DNA of 51,956 bases, taken from Octopus bimaculoides (lineage: Eukaryota). Location: positions 53,036,812 through 53,088,767 of the forward strand of contig NC_068994.1 of the NCBI RefSeq assembly GCF_001194135.2, in the 5' to 3' direction. Position 1 is the first letter of the stretch. Every line of letters starts with the position of its first letter. The notes below the pieces were generated by a model. The model saw only the letters and a list, made by a program, of their open reading frames with translations. It had not been told where the DNA came from and ran no database searches. The position numbers and the translations under genes are program-made. Positions 26,207-37,789 of this stretch are shown one piece after another.

Positions 26207-26620
26207 TGTGCCAAAGCAACCTTGAAAAGAGGAGTAACTAGCAACATCACACTAGATAAAGCAAATGAAATAAGAGAATTAAGCCAAAGCCAGACATACA
26301 AACATTTAGGAATCAATGAACTAGATAGGATACAACACACACAAATGAAAAAGAGAATAACAAAAAAGAATTCAATAGACAAGTTAGATTATAAGTTACA
26401 GCTACAATAACTTTAGCTGGACACTAAATGAACTAATCAAAATTGACAGGAAAACAAGAAATGTAATGACAGGATTTAGGATGCACGACCCAAAGTCTGA
26501 CATAGAAAGTTTATATATACAACGTACAGAAAGTGATAGAGGTCTTATACAGCTAGAAAACTATTACAAAATATCCACCATAGGACTGCAAAAATATCTA
26601 CTTCAGAAGCAAGAAAAACT
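26207..26620 (+). mobile_element. R4/Dong-like LINE, 5'-truncated reverse transcriptase C-terminal/thumb fragment
   Basis: CAKATLKRG...ELSQSQTYKHLGINELDRIQHTQMKKRI (the YKYLG motif), then an internal deletion, then ISYSYNNFSWTLNELIKIDRKTRNVMTGFRMHDPKSDIESLYIQRTESDRGLIQLE (HPK.D..RLY.PR..GGRGL motif). Ends at the gap at 26621. Confidence 0.85.
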
Positions 26621-27218
26621 NNNNNNNNNNNNNNNNNNNNNNNNNNNNNNNNNNNNNNNNNNNNNNNNNNNNNNNNNNNNNNNNNNNNNNNNNNNNNNNN
26701 NNNNNNNNNNNNNNNNNNNNNNNNNNNNNNNNNNNNNNNNNNNNNNNNNNNNNNNNNNNNNNNNNNNNNNNNNNNNNNNNNNNNNNNNNNNNNNNNNNNN
26801 NNNNNNNNNNNNNNNNNNNNNNNNNNNNNNNNNNNNNNNNNNNNNNNNNNNNNNNNNNNTATATATATATATCTATATATATATATATATATGTATGTAA
26901 GTATATATTCACACATATACACTACGCAGGCATGCGCACACATACACAAACATTTACATGCGTACCAACACAAACACACAGGTGTACGCACACAAACGTA
27001 TATATGTATATTTGGTTTTTTTCCTCTTCATTGATTTGCGCTGTATTTCCGGTGACGTGGACTAATCGCTGTGCATGAGGTGTGTTACATTGGATGACAC
27101 CCCATCGCACATGGGCCGGCCTGTCGCAAATATTGAAACAGGAGGAGCCATTTAAATTAAAATCCTCACAGGTTCACCATGGCATACAAACACACACAAA
27201 CACATACAGACACCTACG

Positions 27219-27262
<44 letters not shown>

Positions 27263-28459
27263 TATTCGTTTGTGTGTGTGTGGGTGTGGGTGTGTATTGA
27301 GATTGATATATATTATATGTGTAAATATATATATATATATATATGTGTATGTATGTATATATGTATATATCTATATATGTATGTTTAGATATATATTTAT
27401 ATATACACACATATACTTACATATATGTCTCTGTGTGTATGTGTGTTTGTGCGTGTGCATACATATGTATAGTTTCACTCATACAGGCACAAACAGTGAA
27501 CCACAATCACACAAACACACAAACACCGTATACGTTTTAGTACGGTGGGTTGTACGAAAGAATCAATAACATCGTGAATTCGGTTAGAAGCACGTTACAT
27601 CAAAGTTAAACGCTAAAGGCGTAACATATGTTTTACTGATTTAGAAGTTCCTATTGAAGTGTGTGTTTTAAGTAGACGGAATAAACATGCCTCGATGAGA
27701 AATATATCAGAGACACAATTAATATAAATATCGTTCCCTTCACCAACCACTTGAAATATATACTTATACGTTCTTACTGCATGTATCCGAATTCGTATAC
27801 ATGCNNNNNNNNNNNNNNNNNNNNNNNNNNNNNNNNNNNNNNNNNNNNNNNNNNNNNNNNNNNNNNNNNNNNNNNNNNNNNNNNNNNNNNNNNNNNNNNN
27901 NNNNNNNNNNNNNNNNNNNNNNNNNNNNNNNNNNNNNNNNNNNNNNNNNNNNNNNNNNNNNNNNNNNNNNNNNNNNNNNNNNNNNNNNNNNNNNNNNNNN
28001 NNNNNNNNNNNNNNNNNNNNNNNNNNNNNNNNNNNNNNNNNNNNNNNNNNNNNNNNNNNNNNNNNNNNNNNNNNNNNNNNNNNNNNNNNNNNNNNNNNNN
28101 NNNNNNNNNNNNNNNNNNNNNNNNNNNNNNNNNNNNNNNNNNNNNNNNNNNNNNNNNNNNNNNNNNNNNNNNNNNNNNNNNNNNNNNNNNNNNNNNNNNN
28201 NNNNNNNNNNNNNNNNNNNNNNNNNNNNNNNNNNNNNNNNNNNNNNNNNNNNNNNNNNNNNNNNNNNNNNNNNNNNNNNNNNNNNNNNNNNNNNNNNNNN
28301 NNNNNNNNNNNNNNNNNNNNNNNNNNNNNNNNNNNNNNNNNNNNNNNNNNNNNNNNNNNNNNNNNNNNNNNNNNNNNNNNNNNNNNNNNNNNNNNNNNNN
28401 NNNNNNNNNNNNNNNNNNNNNNNNNNNNNNNNNNNNNNNNNNNNNNNNNNNNNNNNNAT

Positions 28460-29578
28460 ATGGGTAACGTTTTTCATTAGTAGCAACACCAAGTTTTAAA
28501 ACGAAGACAGTACCAGCCAAGTTTTTTTTTTCATGTTGGGGACCAGTTTATAGTCAGATGGGGCCAAATCAGGAGAACAGGGAGGGTATTCAACCACTTC
28601 AAAACCACAGCAACCATTGAAACCGACACTTTTGTGCTGTAGCATCGTCCTGATGAAACGAGACTCCTTTCGTCAGATTTCATGAACTTTTTGTCTTGAT
28701 AGCCTTTCGTAACTGCTCCAGCAAGTTGATGCAGTACTCTACATTGATGGTGTGGCCATTTTGAAGACAGTCAATAAATATAATGCCTTTGGCGACCCAA
28801 AAATCTGCAGCCGTCACATTCCGTGCAAATAAAACTCCCTCGGCTTCTTTCTGGCTGGTGAGGAGGGGTCTTTCTACTGCGAGGATTGTCTCTTTGTCTC
28901 TCGCTCAAATTGACGAAACCAAAACTCATCCTGGCTAAGGAAACGTTCCAAGAAAACCATGTGGATTTTTCTCAGTGTCAAATTTTCCAGTGGTGTAATC
29001 AGCCTGGTGCGCTGTTAATCAGGTGTCACAAGATGTCGCACACACCGAGCAGGAACACTCGTTATTACAAGTCCATTGAGCAGAATATTCTCACCTCTCT
29101 CACTGGATATGCTAATAGCATTGTCCATTTGATTTATAGTCAATCGAATGTCATCCATCAGTATGTTATAAACACGATCAATGTTTTCCTTGGTAGTGGC
29201 ATTTGCAGGACATCCAAACTTTGGGTCATCTTCAAGATTATTCCTTTCCCTCTTAAATTCCGTTGCCCACGTTTGCACTGCTGATAAAGCTGGAGCGTCA
29301 CCCACTAATGTAGCATCCACGTGAGCATGAGTGTCCTCGGGAGTAATTTTTTTTTTTACAGGTACTCGGTAGCACTTCGATGCCAAACGTTGTCCATTTT
29401 CAAGAGATATCGCCAGTAGTTACATTTGATATCTTCTTCGAACAGTTGGTTATCAGTTTACCAGAAACAAAAACGTAGTTATTTATATAAAGTGTTGAAA
29501 TTAATGAATACAAGTTTTCACAGCTCTAGTATCGTTCATCCATAGACAGCACATGAACTCTTCAACTCGCTGTCGAAT
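28460..29578 (-). mobile_element. Near-full-length decayed mariner element (irritans-like)
   Basis: ATG at 29397 (MDNVWHR), then DAPALSAVQTWATEFKRERNNLEDDPKFGCPANATTKENIDRV, VPARCVRHLVTPD, FLERFLSQDEFW, KGVSFHQDDA and EYPPCSPDLAPSDYKLVPNMKK, with multiple stops and frameshifts. TIR-like end near 29552-29578. The 3' end runs into the gap ending at 28457. Confidence 0.92.
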
Positions 29579-29604
29579 ATATTCTTCAATAACTTCAATC
29601 AAAG

Positions 29605-29720
29605 CAATCATTAGGAGACGGTCATGCTGGAGCGTTTTGATCAAATTTGTTTGACGTTGTAGTAAAAAAAAATCGACTCCATATTACATAGGTCTCTTTT
29701 GCCCAACCGCTAAATATCTA
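29605..29720 (-). mobile_element. 3' fragment of SINE family B
   Basis: The reverse complement contains TTAGCGGTTGGGCAAAAGAGACC and GCTCCAGCATGACCG, matching the body and tail at 41190-41300. Confidence 0.6.
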
Positions 29721-30453
29721 TCTATCTATCGATCGATCGATCTAACTAACTATGACTACACTGCTAGATGTTGCCTCCCTTTAACCTCAAGCTATAATAT
29801 AAGATGTAGCATGTTTGGGCTGTTTCTATAGGCAGGTTGAAGAAGCAAACACAGAGGGCCTAGACGGCTATAAATGTATTATATATAAAATAGCTACATA
29901 TAGCTGCTTTCAAAAGTACAAATTTCAATAACCACTTCGTGTAATATTTTTACTATGAAAATATAATAACATTTATTAACGTCACAGGAAAATTTTGATT
30001 GAATTGTGGAAATTAATGCACGAATCCTATGGTTTTTCCTTTCATAACAGCACAGCTTGAAACAAGATTTCATCGATCAACTGCATAGGAAATTAATAGA
30101 ATAACTACGCAAAACGTACGTATGCACACATGTGTCTGCTTGTATGTATATATAAGGCTATAAGAGTATATATGTATAATATGTGTGTGTGCGTGCCTCT
30201 GTGTGTCTGTACATGAACTTACGACAGGATTAGTGTAAACAGTGTAAAATACATCAGAGCAGCCCAACACAGAACAAGAAACGGAAAACAAATAAGGAAA
30301 AGGAAATATATAGATAACTAACTCGCTAAATTCATTAGATCTAGAAAAACATGATTCAACAACGGTATAACACATAAACTCATAAACATGAATGAACCGG
30401 TTGTTTCAGATATGTCTCCATGCATACATGGAAAAGTGTGTATGTGTATCTAC

Positions 30454-30494
<41 letters not shown>

Positions 30495-30653
30495 TACTCA
30501 CACACACACTTATATATTTATATATACACACATTTATACATATATATGTACACGACTTCAGAGGAATACGTTCATGTACTTTGGGATATACAAGTAGTTA
30601 TATGTGTCAGCGCGTGTATGGATACATGCATATATGCATATATATATATATAT

Positions 30654-30686
<33 letters not shown>

Positions 30687-30935
30687 NNNNNNNNNNNNNN
30701 NNNNNNNNNNNNNNNNNNNNNNNNNNNNNNNNNNNNNNNNNNNNNNNNNNNNNNNNNNNNNNNNNNNNNNNNNNNNNNNNNNNNNNNNNNNNNNNNNNNN
30801 NNNNNNNNNNNNNNNNNNNNNNNNNNNNNNNNNNNNNNNNNNNNNNNNNNNNNNNNNNNNNNNNNNNNNNNNNNNNNNNNNNNNNNNNNNNNNNNNNNNN
30901 NNNNNNNNNNNNNNNNNNNNNNNNNNNNNNNNNNN

Positions 30936-30972
30936 TAATAATAATAATTATTATTATTATTATTATTATTAT

Positions 30973-31006
<34 letters not shown>

Positions 31007-31007
31007 C

Positions 31008-31080
<73 letters not shown>

Positions 31081-31150
31081 TATCATTCTTATTATTATTA
31101 ATATTATAATTGTTCTTGTTATTATTATGACTACAACATCAACAAACCAG
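30936..31150. repeat. Compound trinucleotide microsatellite (TAA)(TTA)(TAG)(CAT)(TAT)
   Basis: Directly visible blocks. Confidence 0.95.
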
Positions 31151-31308
31151 TAGTAATAATAATGAGATTAATTATAAAGCTATGAACATAGATAATGTGA
31201 AACATCAAATGAAACGAATAAACAAATCAAAGCACCGATTGAAATTAGTAAGAATTTAATGGAGAGCGAAAAACATTGTTCAAAATATCATATAAATACT
31301 ATACCGCA

Positions 31309-31390
<82 letters not shown>

Positions 31391-31968
31391 TAAATAAATA
31401 AATATGCAAACAGCAAAACATATTAACACAGCGTTTTATTTATAGTCTTAAANNNNNNNNNNCGTGACGTAGTTTATATTATTCTGTTAGGGGAATATCG
31501 ATAAATTTAGCATATATATATGAACAAATAGCTTTCACAATGTTCCCAATACTGCCACCGTTGTTATAATATTTATTATACTTATTATTTGAAGGACTAA
31601 AATGATAAATTTTCGGATGCCTATTTGTATTGTCATAGTAATGTGTTTGATGTTGTACCTCTTCCGTGGTTATTCTCTTTTTTTTCTGGGGTTTTTTTTT
31701 TGGCATTTTCCTTTCCATTAGACCTTCATTTGTGTGTATATATAAATATGTATATATATAAGTATATATATATTCTTTTTTAGTATTTTTACTTTAATGC
31801 CTGCCTGTCTATTTTACATGCAGTCATTAAAGCTTACAATGGGACGTGATATTGAGAAACACATATGCACATGAAGATAAACGAGAAAAAATCAATGAAT
31901 TTAACATGTAGCGATAAAGGAACGCGGAAAGAGAAAGTAACAAATAGGCATGTGTATGTATATGTGTA

Positions 31969-32004
<36 letters not shown>

Positions 32005-32143
32005 GTGTGTATATACATATATATACATTCATACATATGCATTCACTAGTGGACGCGCGCGCGCACACTCACACGCATACACATACATCCACGGGAGGAG
32101 AAACTCGATATTTCTCAAATCAAATACCAGGATTTGTCGAGGA

Positions 32144-32275
32144 ATGGCACGCGGCCTCATTTGCCTACTGATGTCGGTTGCCGTGGTTTTCCAGCTCCAT
32201 CGATGCGTTATTTTTGGGCGGCAGATTGACCTGGTACCAATACAATTCATGCAAGCCAGCAAGGAGATATGCACG
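32144..32275 (+). CDS. Candidate first coding exon with signal-peptide-like N-terminus (unverified)
   Basis: GGAATGG start context; 44 codons MARGLICLLMSVAVVFQLHRCVIFGRQIDLVPIQFMQASKEICT; ends at ACG|GTAGGT (phase 0); lies in a CpG-rich, non-repetitive island. No homology recognised. Confidence 0.25.
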
Positions 32276-32339
32276 GTAGGTGAAAGTAGCGCAAGGTTGC
32301 TAGCTTTGATATGAGAACGCAATCGGGACACTTCCGTAG

Positions 32340-32507
32340 GCAAAAACTAATTCAGACCGCAAGTCTCACTCGGATAAAGCGTACAGTCTAAAGGGGAAAA
32401 CGTTTGTGGCCGTGAGATACCTGCAGGCGATACGGAGCGGTTTCAAACACTGCGATGTATTTAGACGAGACTACAGAACTCTACTAGCTTCTGCATATTC
32501 TGCATGA
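32340..32507 (+). CDS. Candidate second exon in phase with 32144-32275 (unverified)
   Basis: Follows CACTTCCGTAG| after a 64-nt GT-AG interval; 55 open codons AKTNSDRKSHSDKAYSLKGKTFVAVRYLQAIRSGFKHCDVFRRDYRTLLASAYSA, then TGA at 32505-32507. The polypyrimidine tract is weak. Confidence 0.15.
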   Translation, partial: AKTNSDRKSHSDKAYSLKGKTFVAVRYLQAIRSGFKHCDVFRRDYRTLLASAYSA

Positions 32508-32576
32508 GGCAGAACATCTGAATGTAGGTTAAACGTTTATTTAACCTACGCACGCGCGCGGACGTCAAGCACACAC

Positions 32577-32602
32577 AAGGCGGCGAGCTGGCCAAAACGT
32601 TA
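32577..32602 (+). mobile_element. Head-only stub of SINE family A
   Basis: AAGGCGGCGAGCTGGCCAAAACGTTA matches the first 26 or so nt of 39390. Confidence 0.6.
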
Positions 32603-35431
32603 TATATTATTATAAGATTGTAAATAAAACATGAAAATCAAAGTTGGAATTTCTTTGAGTAATACATACACACACATATATATATATACATACATACATA
32701 TATATATGTATATATATATATATATATNNNNNNNNNNNNNNNNNNNNNNNNNNNNNNNNNNNNNNNNNNNNNNNNNNNNNNNNNNNNNNNNNNNNNNNNN
32801 NNNNNNNNNNNNNNNNNNNNNNNNNNNNNNNNNNNNNNNNNNNNNNNNNNNNNNNNNNNNNNNNNNNNNNNNNNNNNNNNNNNNNNNNNNNNNNNNNNNN
32901 NNNNNNNNNNNNNNNNNNNNNNNNNNNNNNNNNNNNNNNNNNNNNNNNNNNNNNNNNNNNNNNNNNNNNNNNNNNNNNNNNNNNNNNNNNNNNNNNNNNN
33001 NNNNNNNNNNNNNNNNNNNNNNNNNNNNNNNNNNNNNNNNNNNNNNNNNNNNNNNNNNNNNNNNNNNNNNNNNNNNNNNNNNNNNNNNNNNNNNNNNNNN
33101 NNNNNNNNNNNNNNNNNNNNNNNNNNNNNNNNNNNNNNNNNNNNNNNNNNNNNNNNNNNNNNNNNNNNNNNNNNNNNNNNNNNNNNNNNNNNNNNNNNNN
33201 NNNNNNNNNNNNNNNNNNNNNNNNNNNNNNNNNNNNNNNNNNNNNNNNNNNNNNNNNNNNNNNNNNNNNNNNNNNNNNNNNNNNNNNNNNNNNNNNNNNN
33301 NNNNNNNNNNNNNNNNNNNNNNNNNNNNNNNNNNNNNNNNNNNNNNNNNNNNNNNNNNNNNNNNNNNNNNNNNNNNNNNNNNNNNNNNNNNNNNNNNNNN
33401 NNNNNNNNNNNNNNNNNNNNNTATACGTATATATATATGAAAGTATATATGTATACGAATATATATATGTGTATAGATAGATAGATAGATAGATAGATAT
33501 GCGTGTTTTTTTGTCTTTTGTTCTGTGGAGGAGGGGTATGCAGCAGATCTTGCAGTGTTCTGACACTTCACGTCCTGAAGTGAACATTTTCACTTAACTT
33601 ATTCTTCAGACTAAATAAATAAATTACCATTCCGATAGTTGGATACGAATTTTTCGGAGTAAGGGCAGAGAACAACAGCTGAGTAGCATTACAATTTATA
33701 AATGCTAACCTATAAATACTTATACAAATACCATAAATACTTTTGCTTACAATTTCTGTGGATGACCATCAGAGAGAATATTTTTTACAAATTTATTTGA
33801 AATATTTTTATGCAGATAGCAAGAATTCCCATGTAGTATCCTGTGGTGAATTTATGAATCAGATTTGAATCTTCTTAAGTGTAAAAAAACAAAGGGAAAG
33901 GATTGGTGTGTGGGATATCTTGGCGAGTTTTATTTCTGGGTGTTACTTTATATAGTATATGGAATGGCAATAAAAGGTTTCTATCAATGGATATGTGTCG
34001 CTTGAGGAATAGGTTAACTATAGGTCAGCTCATCACATTATGTGCTTGTATTCTTTTGGTCTGTGCGTTACAGCACACATATAAATGCACACGCACGAAT
34101 ACATACACATACGAACACACAAATGTTTTACCTCCTTCCTCTCTTTCTTTCCTTTTCTCTCTCTCTTCCCGTATATAAACACACACACATATGTGTGTGT
34201 CTGTCTGTTTATATATATATATATATATACCCATGAATATATGTGTGTGTATCCGTGTACCTGTGTGTATACGTGTGTATGTACGTGTGTATGTGTGTAT
34301 AAAACACGGGTGTGCACACACACACACATACACGCATATATATATGTATATATACATGCATATTTATATGCATACGTGTTGAGTAGGCGTTAACCTTTGT
34401 GTTTTTGCATATGCTTCAGTTGGAGTAAAAACGTAACCTGTGTAATGAACTACATTTATCGTATATTTGATTTGACGTTGAACGAATACAGCTATTTCCT
34501 AAGATTTGCATGAAGTTACACACCACCATATGCTATTTATACGTCAGCTAAAATCACTTCATCCAAAATTAAAACTATTTTGGCAAAAATGTTTGTACAC
34601 CATCACTGCAATACACATTTATATGATTAATTTAGTGTCCAGTAACAGATCTTTTCATATGAAATGATTAGAAGTCTTTCATATAGAATCAAACCGTATC
34701 CCAATATGCGTCATAGAAATCTTGATAACCTTCTTGATAAATATGTTTTTACAAAAAATTTCTAGCGTCGAAATTGGAACTACTCAAATGATTCCGATAC
34801 TCTTTTTATTATAGTTGTACAAGATTAATCCGATGTCAGAAGTAAATATTGTTCTATAAATCTGTTATACAGTTATTATAATTAGAACTACATAAAAGAA
34901 CTCTTGTTCATACCGAATTCTTTAAAGTAATATCAATGAACAATTAATTAACAGTTTGGAGCAAGCTTTAAGGTGTATTACACATTTGGTGCAGCTTTAT
35001 TTGGGGCAGGAGTTGGTAGAAGTGTTAAAGCCGGTCTATCCGATTAGTCTGGATATTTGAGAATGTAGCGAAATAAAGAAAAAGACTAGACATCAGCTTT
35101 AGAACACTTCACTACTGGTTAGTAGTACTATAATCTCCTTTTCTTAATTATCAAAAACAAAGAGATTAGAGTTAAAGCGGCTACATTTCTTAGATTCGAT
35201 TGCAAGCAAGGATGGGTCTATGGTCTGTAATGAATAAGATATATCATAATCTAAATCATAAAGAAAAGTTTCTGTTTTAAAATGTAACATTGAGGAAATG
35301 ATAGAAAATTAGGAAAATTAGTGTGTAAATATAAGTGGGGAATAAAAAAAATACCTGATCATTACTGATATTATTTAAAGCTCTCAGTATTGAGTGAGGT
35401 TAAATTTTGAATGCTTAACATTTCTTCTATT

Positions 35432-35500
35432 CAGATTGGGTCGAACTCACGACCCCACGATCGTGAGGAAAATAACTTAACCAATAAGCCACGCGCCTTC
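35432..35500 (-). mobile_element. tRNA-like head of a third SINE family (C), truncated
   Basis: Reverse complement GAAGGCGCGTGGCTTATTGGTTAAG...CTCACGATCGTGGGGTCGTGAGTTCGACCC has A-box (TGGCTTATTGG) and B-box (GAGTTCGACCC) but no acceptor stem. Confidence 0.6.
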
Positions 35501-35511
35501 ACAACGCATGT

Positions 35512-35716
35512 AATATGGTTTCAAATTCTGGCACGAGGCCGGCAAGTTTGGGGGAAGTGTAAGTCGATTACATCGACCCTAGTGTTCAACAGGTATTTCT
35601 TTTATCAACACTGAAAGGATGAAAGACAATGTTGTCCTCACCGACATTTGAACACAGAACATAAAGACGGACAAAATGCTGCCAAGCATTTTGCCCGGTG
35701 TGCTAACGATTCTGCA
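35512..35716 (-). mobile_element. tRNA-derived SINE, family A
   Basis: The reverse complement aligns along its length with 39390-39606 (GTTAGCACACCGGGCAAAATGCTT, GTTCTGTGTTCAAAT, CTTTCATCCTTTCAG, GGGTCGATGTAATCGAC). Confidence 0.9.
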
Positions 35717-36015
35717 TTATACAAATCTAAATAATATAGTTATGGAATGTTGATGGAAGGCGCTGGAGACATAAAAACTTCGATTACCACGTTTCTTTTA
35801 CTTTCTTTATAAATTAAAGAATTTTAAAGAGATTTATATACCATAATGTTACCGTTCATCTTTATAAGTTTATTGCTTCAGAAAATCATTTCTGTGATTT
35901 TAAATTATTTCGAAGGCTGACGGCGCCAGGAATGATTTCATCTTCCGTACCGGATATGTCAGAGCTGTAACAGACATTTTGACGGAAGAATATACCACCT
36001 GTTCTTCAGGGACAA

Positions 36016-36222
36016 TTTCAGCAGAAAGAGGCATTTCAAGACAGATACAAACTAATGTCTACTTCGACAATATTGTTAAGATGCTAATTTAGCAGAAAGG
36101 AGACTTACAAGAGTCTCATGAGCTAACAGTCACTTTGGCTACATTCTTGAAATGCTATTTAAGCAGAAATCAGCATTTCAAGAGCCGTACAAGCTAATGG
36201 CTACTTTGGCTACATTCCTATC
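36016..36222 (+). repeat. Degenerate tandem repeat, about 3 units with 72-bp period
   Basis: Units start TTTCAGCAGAAA (36016), TTTAGCAGAAA (36088) and TTTAAGCAGAAA (36158). They share GCATTTCAAGA, TACAA.CTAATG.CTACTT and A.ATGCTA. Confidence 0.8.
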
Positions 36223-36461
36223 TTCACCAAGGTGTGAGTCTTCATTTGTAACACTTGCAAGAATTGGCATGACCTCTGATCCGATCCAAAATCGAAAAAG
36301 GTGAACATCAACTAACCTTCATTATTTTCGAAAACAACAGAACAAAAGATACTGACGTGATGAAAGTCATTCAAATTTCTTTCAAAGCTGACTCGCTCAT
36401 ATTAACTTGTTACATTTTATAAATATATGTGTTTAAATTATAACAAAATTGTACACTCTAT

Positions 36462-36510
<49 letters not shown>

Positions 36511-37254
36511 CCATGCCATTGTTTATTCCCATGCCATTCATGATGATCGTTGGAGGATATGTGAACTGAGGTATTTCTACCCATGGCAATTCCCTTTATT
36601 TTGTAACATTATAGTTACGACTATGATATACATTGTGTAATATACTTGATTTATAGTGCTAAGATGTGATTTGAATGAAATTTGGTTGCTATTTCTAGCA
36701 GTTCTGGTCAGCACGTAGATGCTGGGGTTGCTGACCATATTTATATTTACAGATGTAAGTGGATTAGGTACGGAGATACGTTCTATTTTCTGATGTTTGT
36801 TAGTAACAAACAGGTTTCGCTTTTGTTTATTTGACTTAAATAATTATATTTCTGTATCATTGATAGTGTGTAAACAAAATTTCTTTTTATCAGTATATAT
36901 TAATAGTAATATCTCTAAATCTGGGATCCATAATTCCCAAGAGGCTTACAGCCTAGTCTGTCTGGTCAGGAATATCAAAATGGTCATTATCAGCACTTCA
37001 TCTAACGGATGGATTTTAATTAGGATATTTTTCGTTATTCTAGTCGATTAAATTTCGCCGGATATATATTTTGGAAAACAAAACACTGTTATATATTGGA
37101 CTGATAAACATTATAGTCATTTCAGATAATTTTTACGTGAAATATAATTAAATAATAACCAGACATGTGCATGCATTGATACCGATATAGAAGTGTACAA
37201 ATATAAACTGAGGCATGCCTACCCCACCCCTACATAAATCCACACATACACTCA

Positions 37255-37561
37255 TGGACATATTTGTGGACCCATGAAAAACGAGCTTCCACCAACAATT
37301 CTGCCTGTATATCTATGCACACCTTTCAATGCCGTGTATGCCATAAGGTCTGCAGATCTAACAGAGACCTCAAAAGACATTTTAAGATCCACAAAGATCA
37401 GGACTTAACTGCAGCTCTTGGTGGTCCGGATCGGATATGCAATTAATGTGGGTGTCTTTTCAATACATTGTCTGGTTTAAAAAGCCACATCAGACGCCAT
37501 GATGGATCTAAGGTGTAGGTACAAGAAGTAGTCAGACTCCATAAGGAGTAGACAACCACCA
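37255..37561 (+). mobile_element. LINE-like (probably RTE-type) 3' end encoding decayed C2H2 zinc fingers, copy 1
   Basis: FQCRVCHKVCRSNRDLKRHFKIH (intact C-x2-C-x12-H-x3-H), then CN*CGCLFNTLSGLKSHIRRHDGSKV* (internal stop at 37444-37446). Short 3' UTR ending CATAAGGAGTAGACAACCACCA, followed by a TA-type microsatellite tail. Confidence 0.6.
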
Positions 37562-37789
37562 CATATACATATATATATATATATATACACACACACATGA
37601 ATATATATATGTGTGTGTATGTATGCATGTATGTATATATGTAGGTATATATACATATGCATGTATGTATATATATATTATGTGTGTGTGTGTGTGTGGG
37701 TGTGGGTGTGTTTATATGAAAAAGGTTATAATGCAGTAAAAACTGTTATATATTTGAATCAAGCAAACTTTATTTTTTAACATATATTT

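Noticed and set aside
27010-27180. GC-richer island with a CCGGTGACGTGG motif
   Set aside because: Only short ORFs, and a single CRE/G-box-like word is expected by chance.
28648-28660. CCTGATGAAACG as a hammerhead core
   Set aside because: It is the reverse complement of the mariner FHQD catalytic-motif codons, and there is no stem II between TGA and GAAA.
31950-32171. GGETRYF... in an alternative frame resembling a 2OG-Fe(II) oxygenase GGET motif
   Set aside because: A four-residue match only, with no acceptor and a stop soon after.
35432-35500. tRNA gene (CAC anticodon-like loop)
   Set aside because: A- and B-boxes are present but the acceptor stem cannot form; better explained as a SINE head.
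36016-36222. CRISPR-like array
   Set aside because: Whole units are homologous with no unique spacers, the context is eukaryotic, and there are no cas genes.
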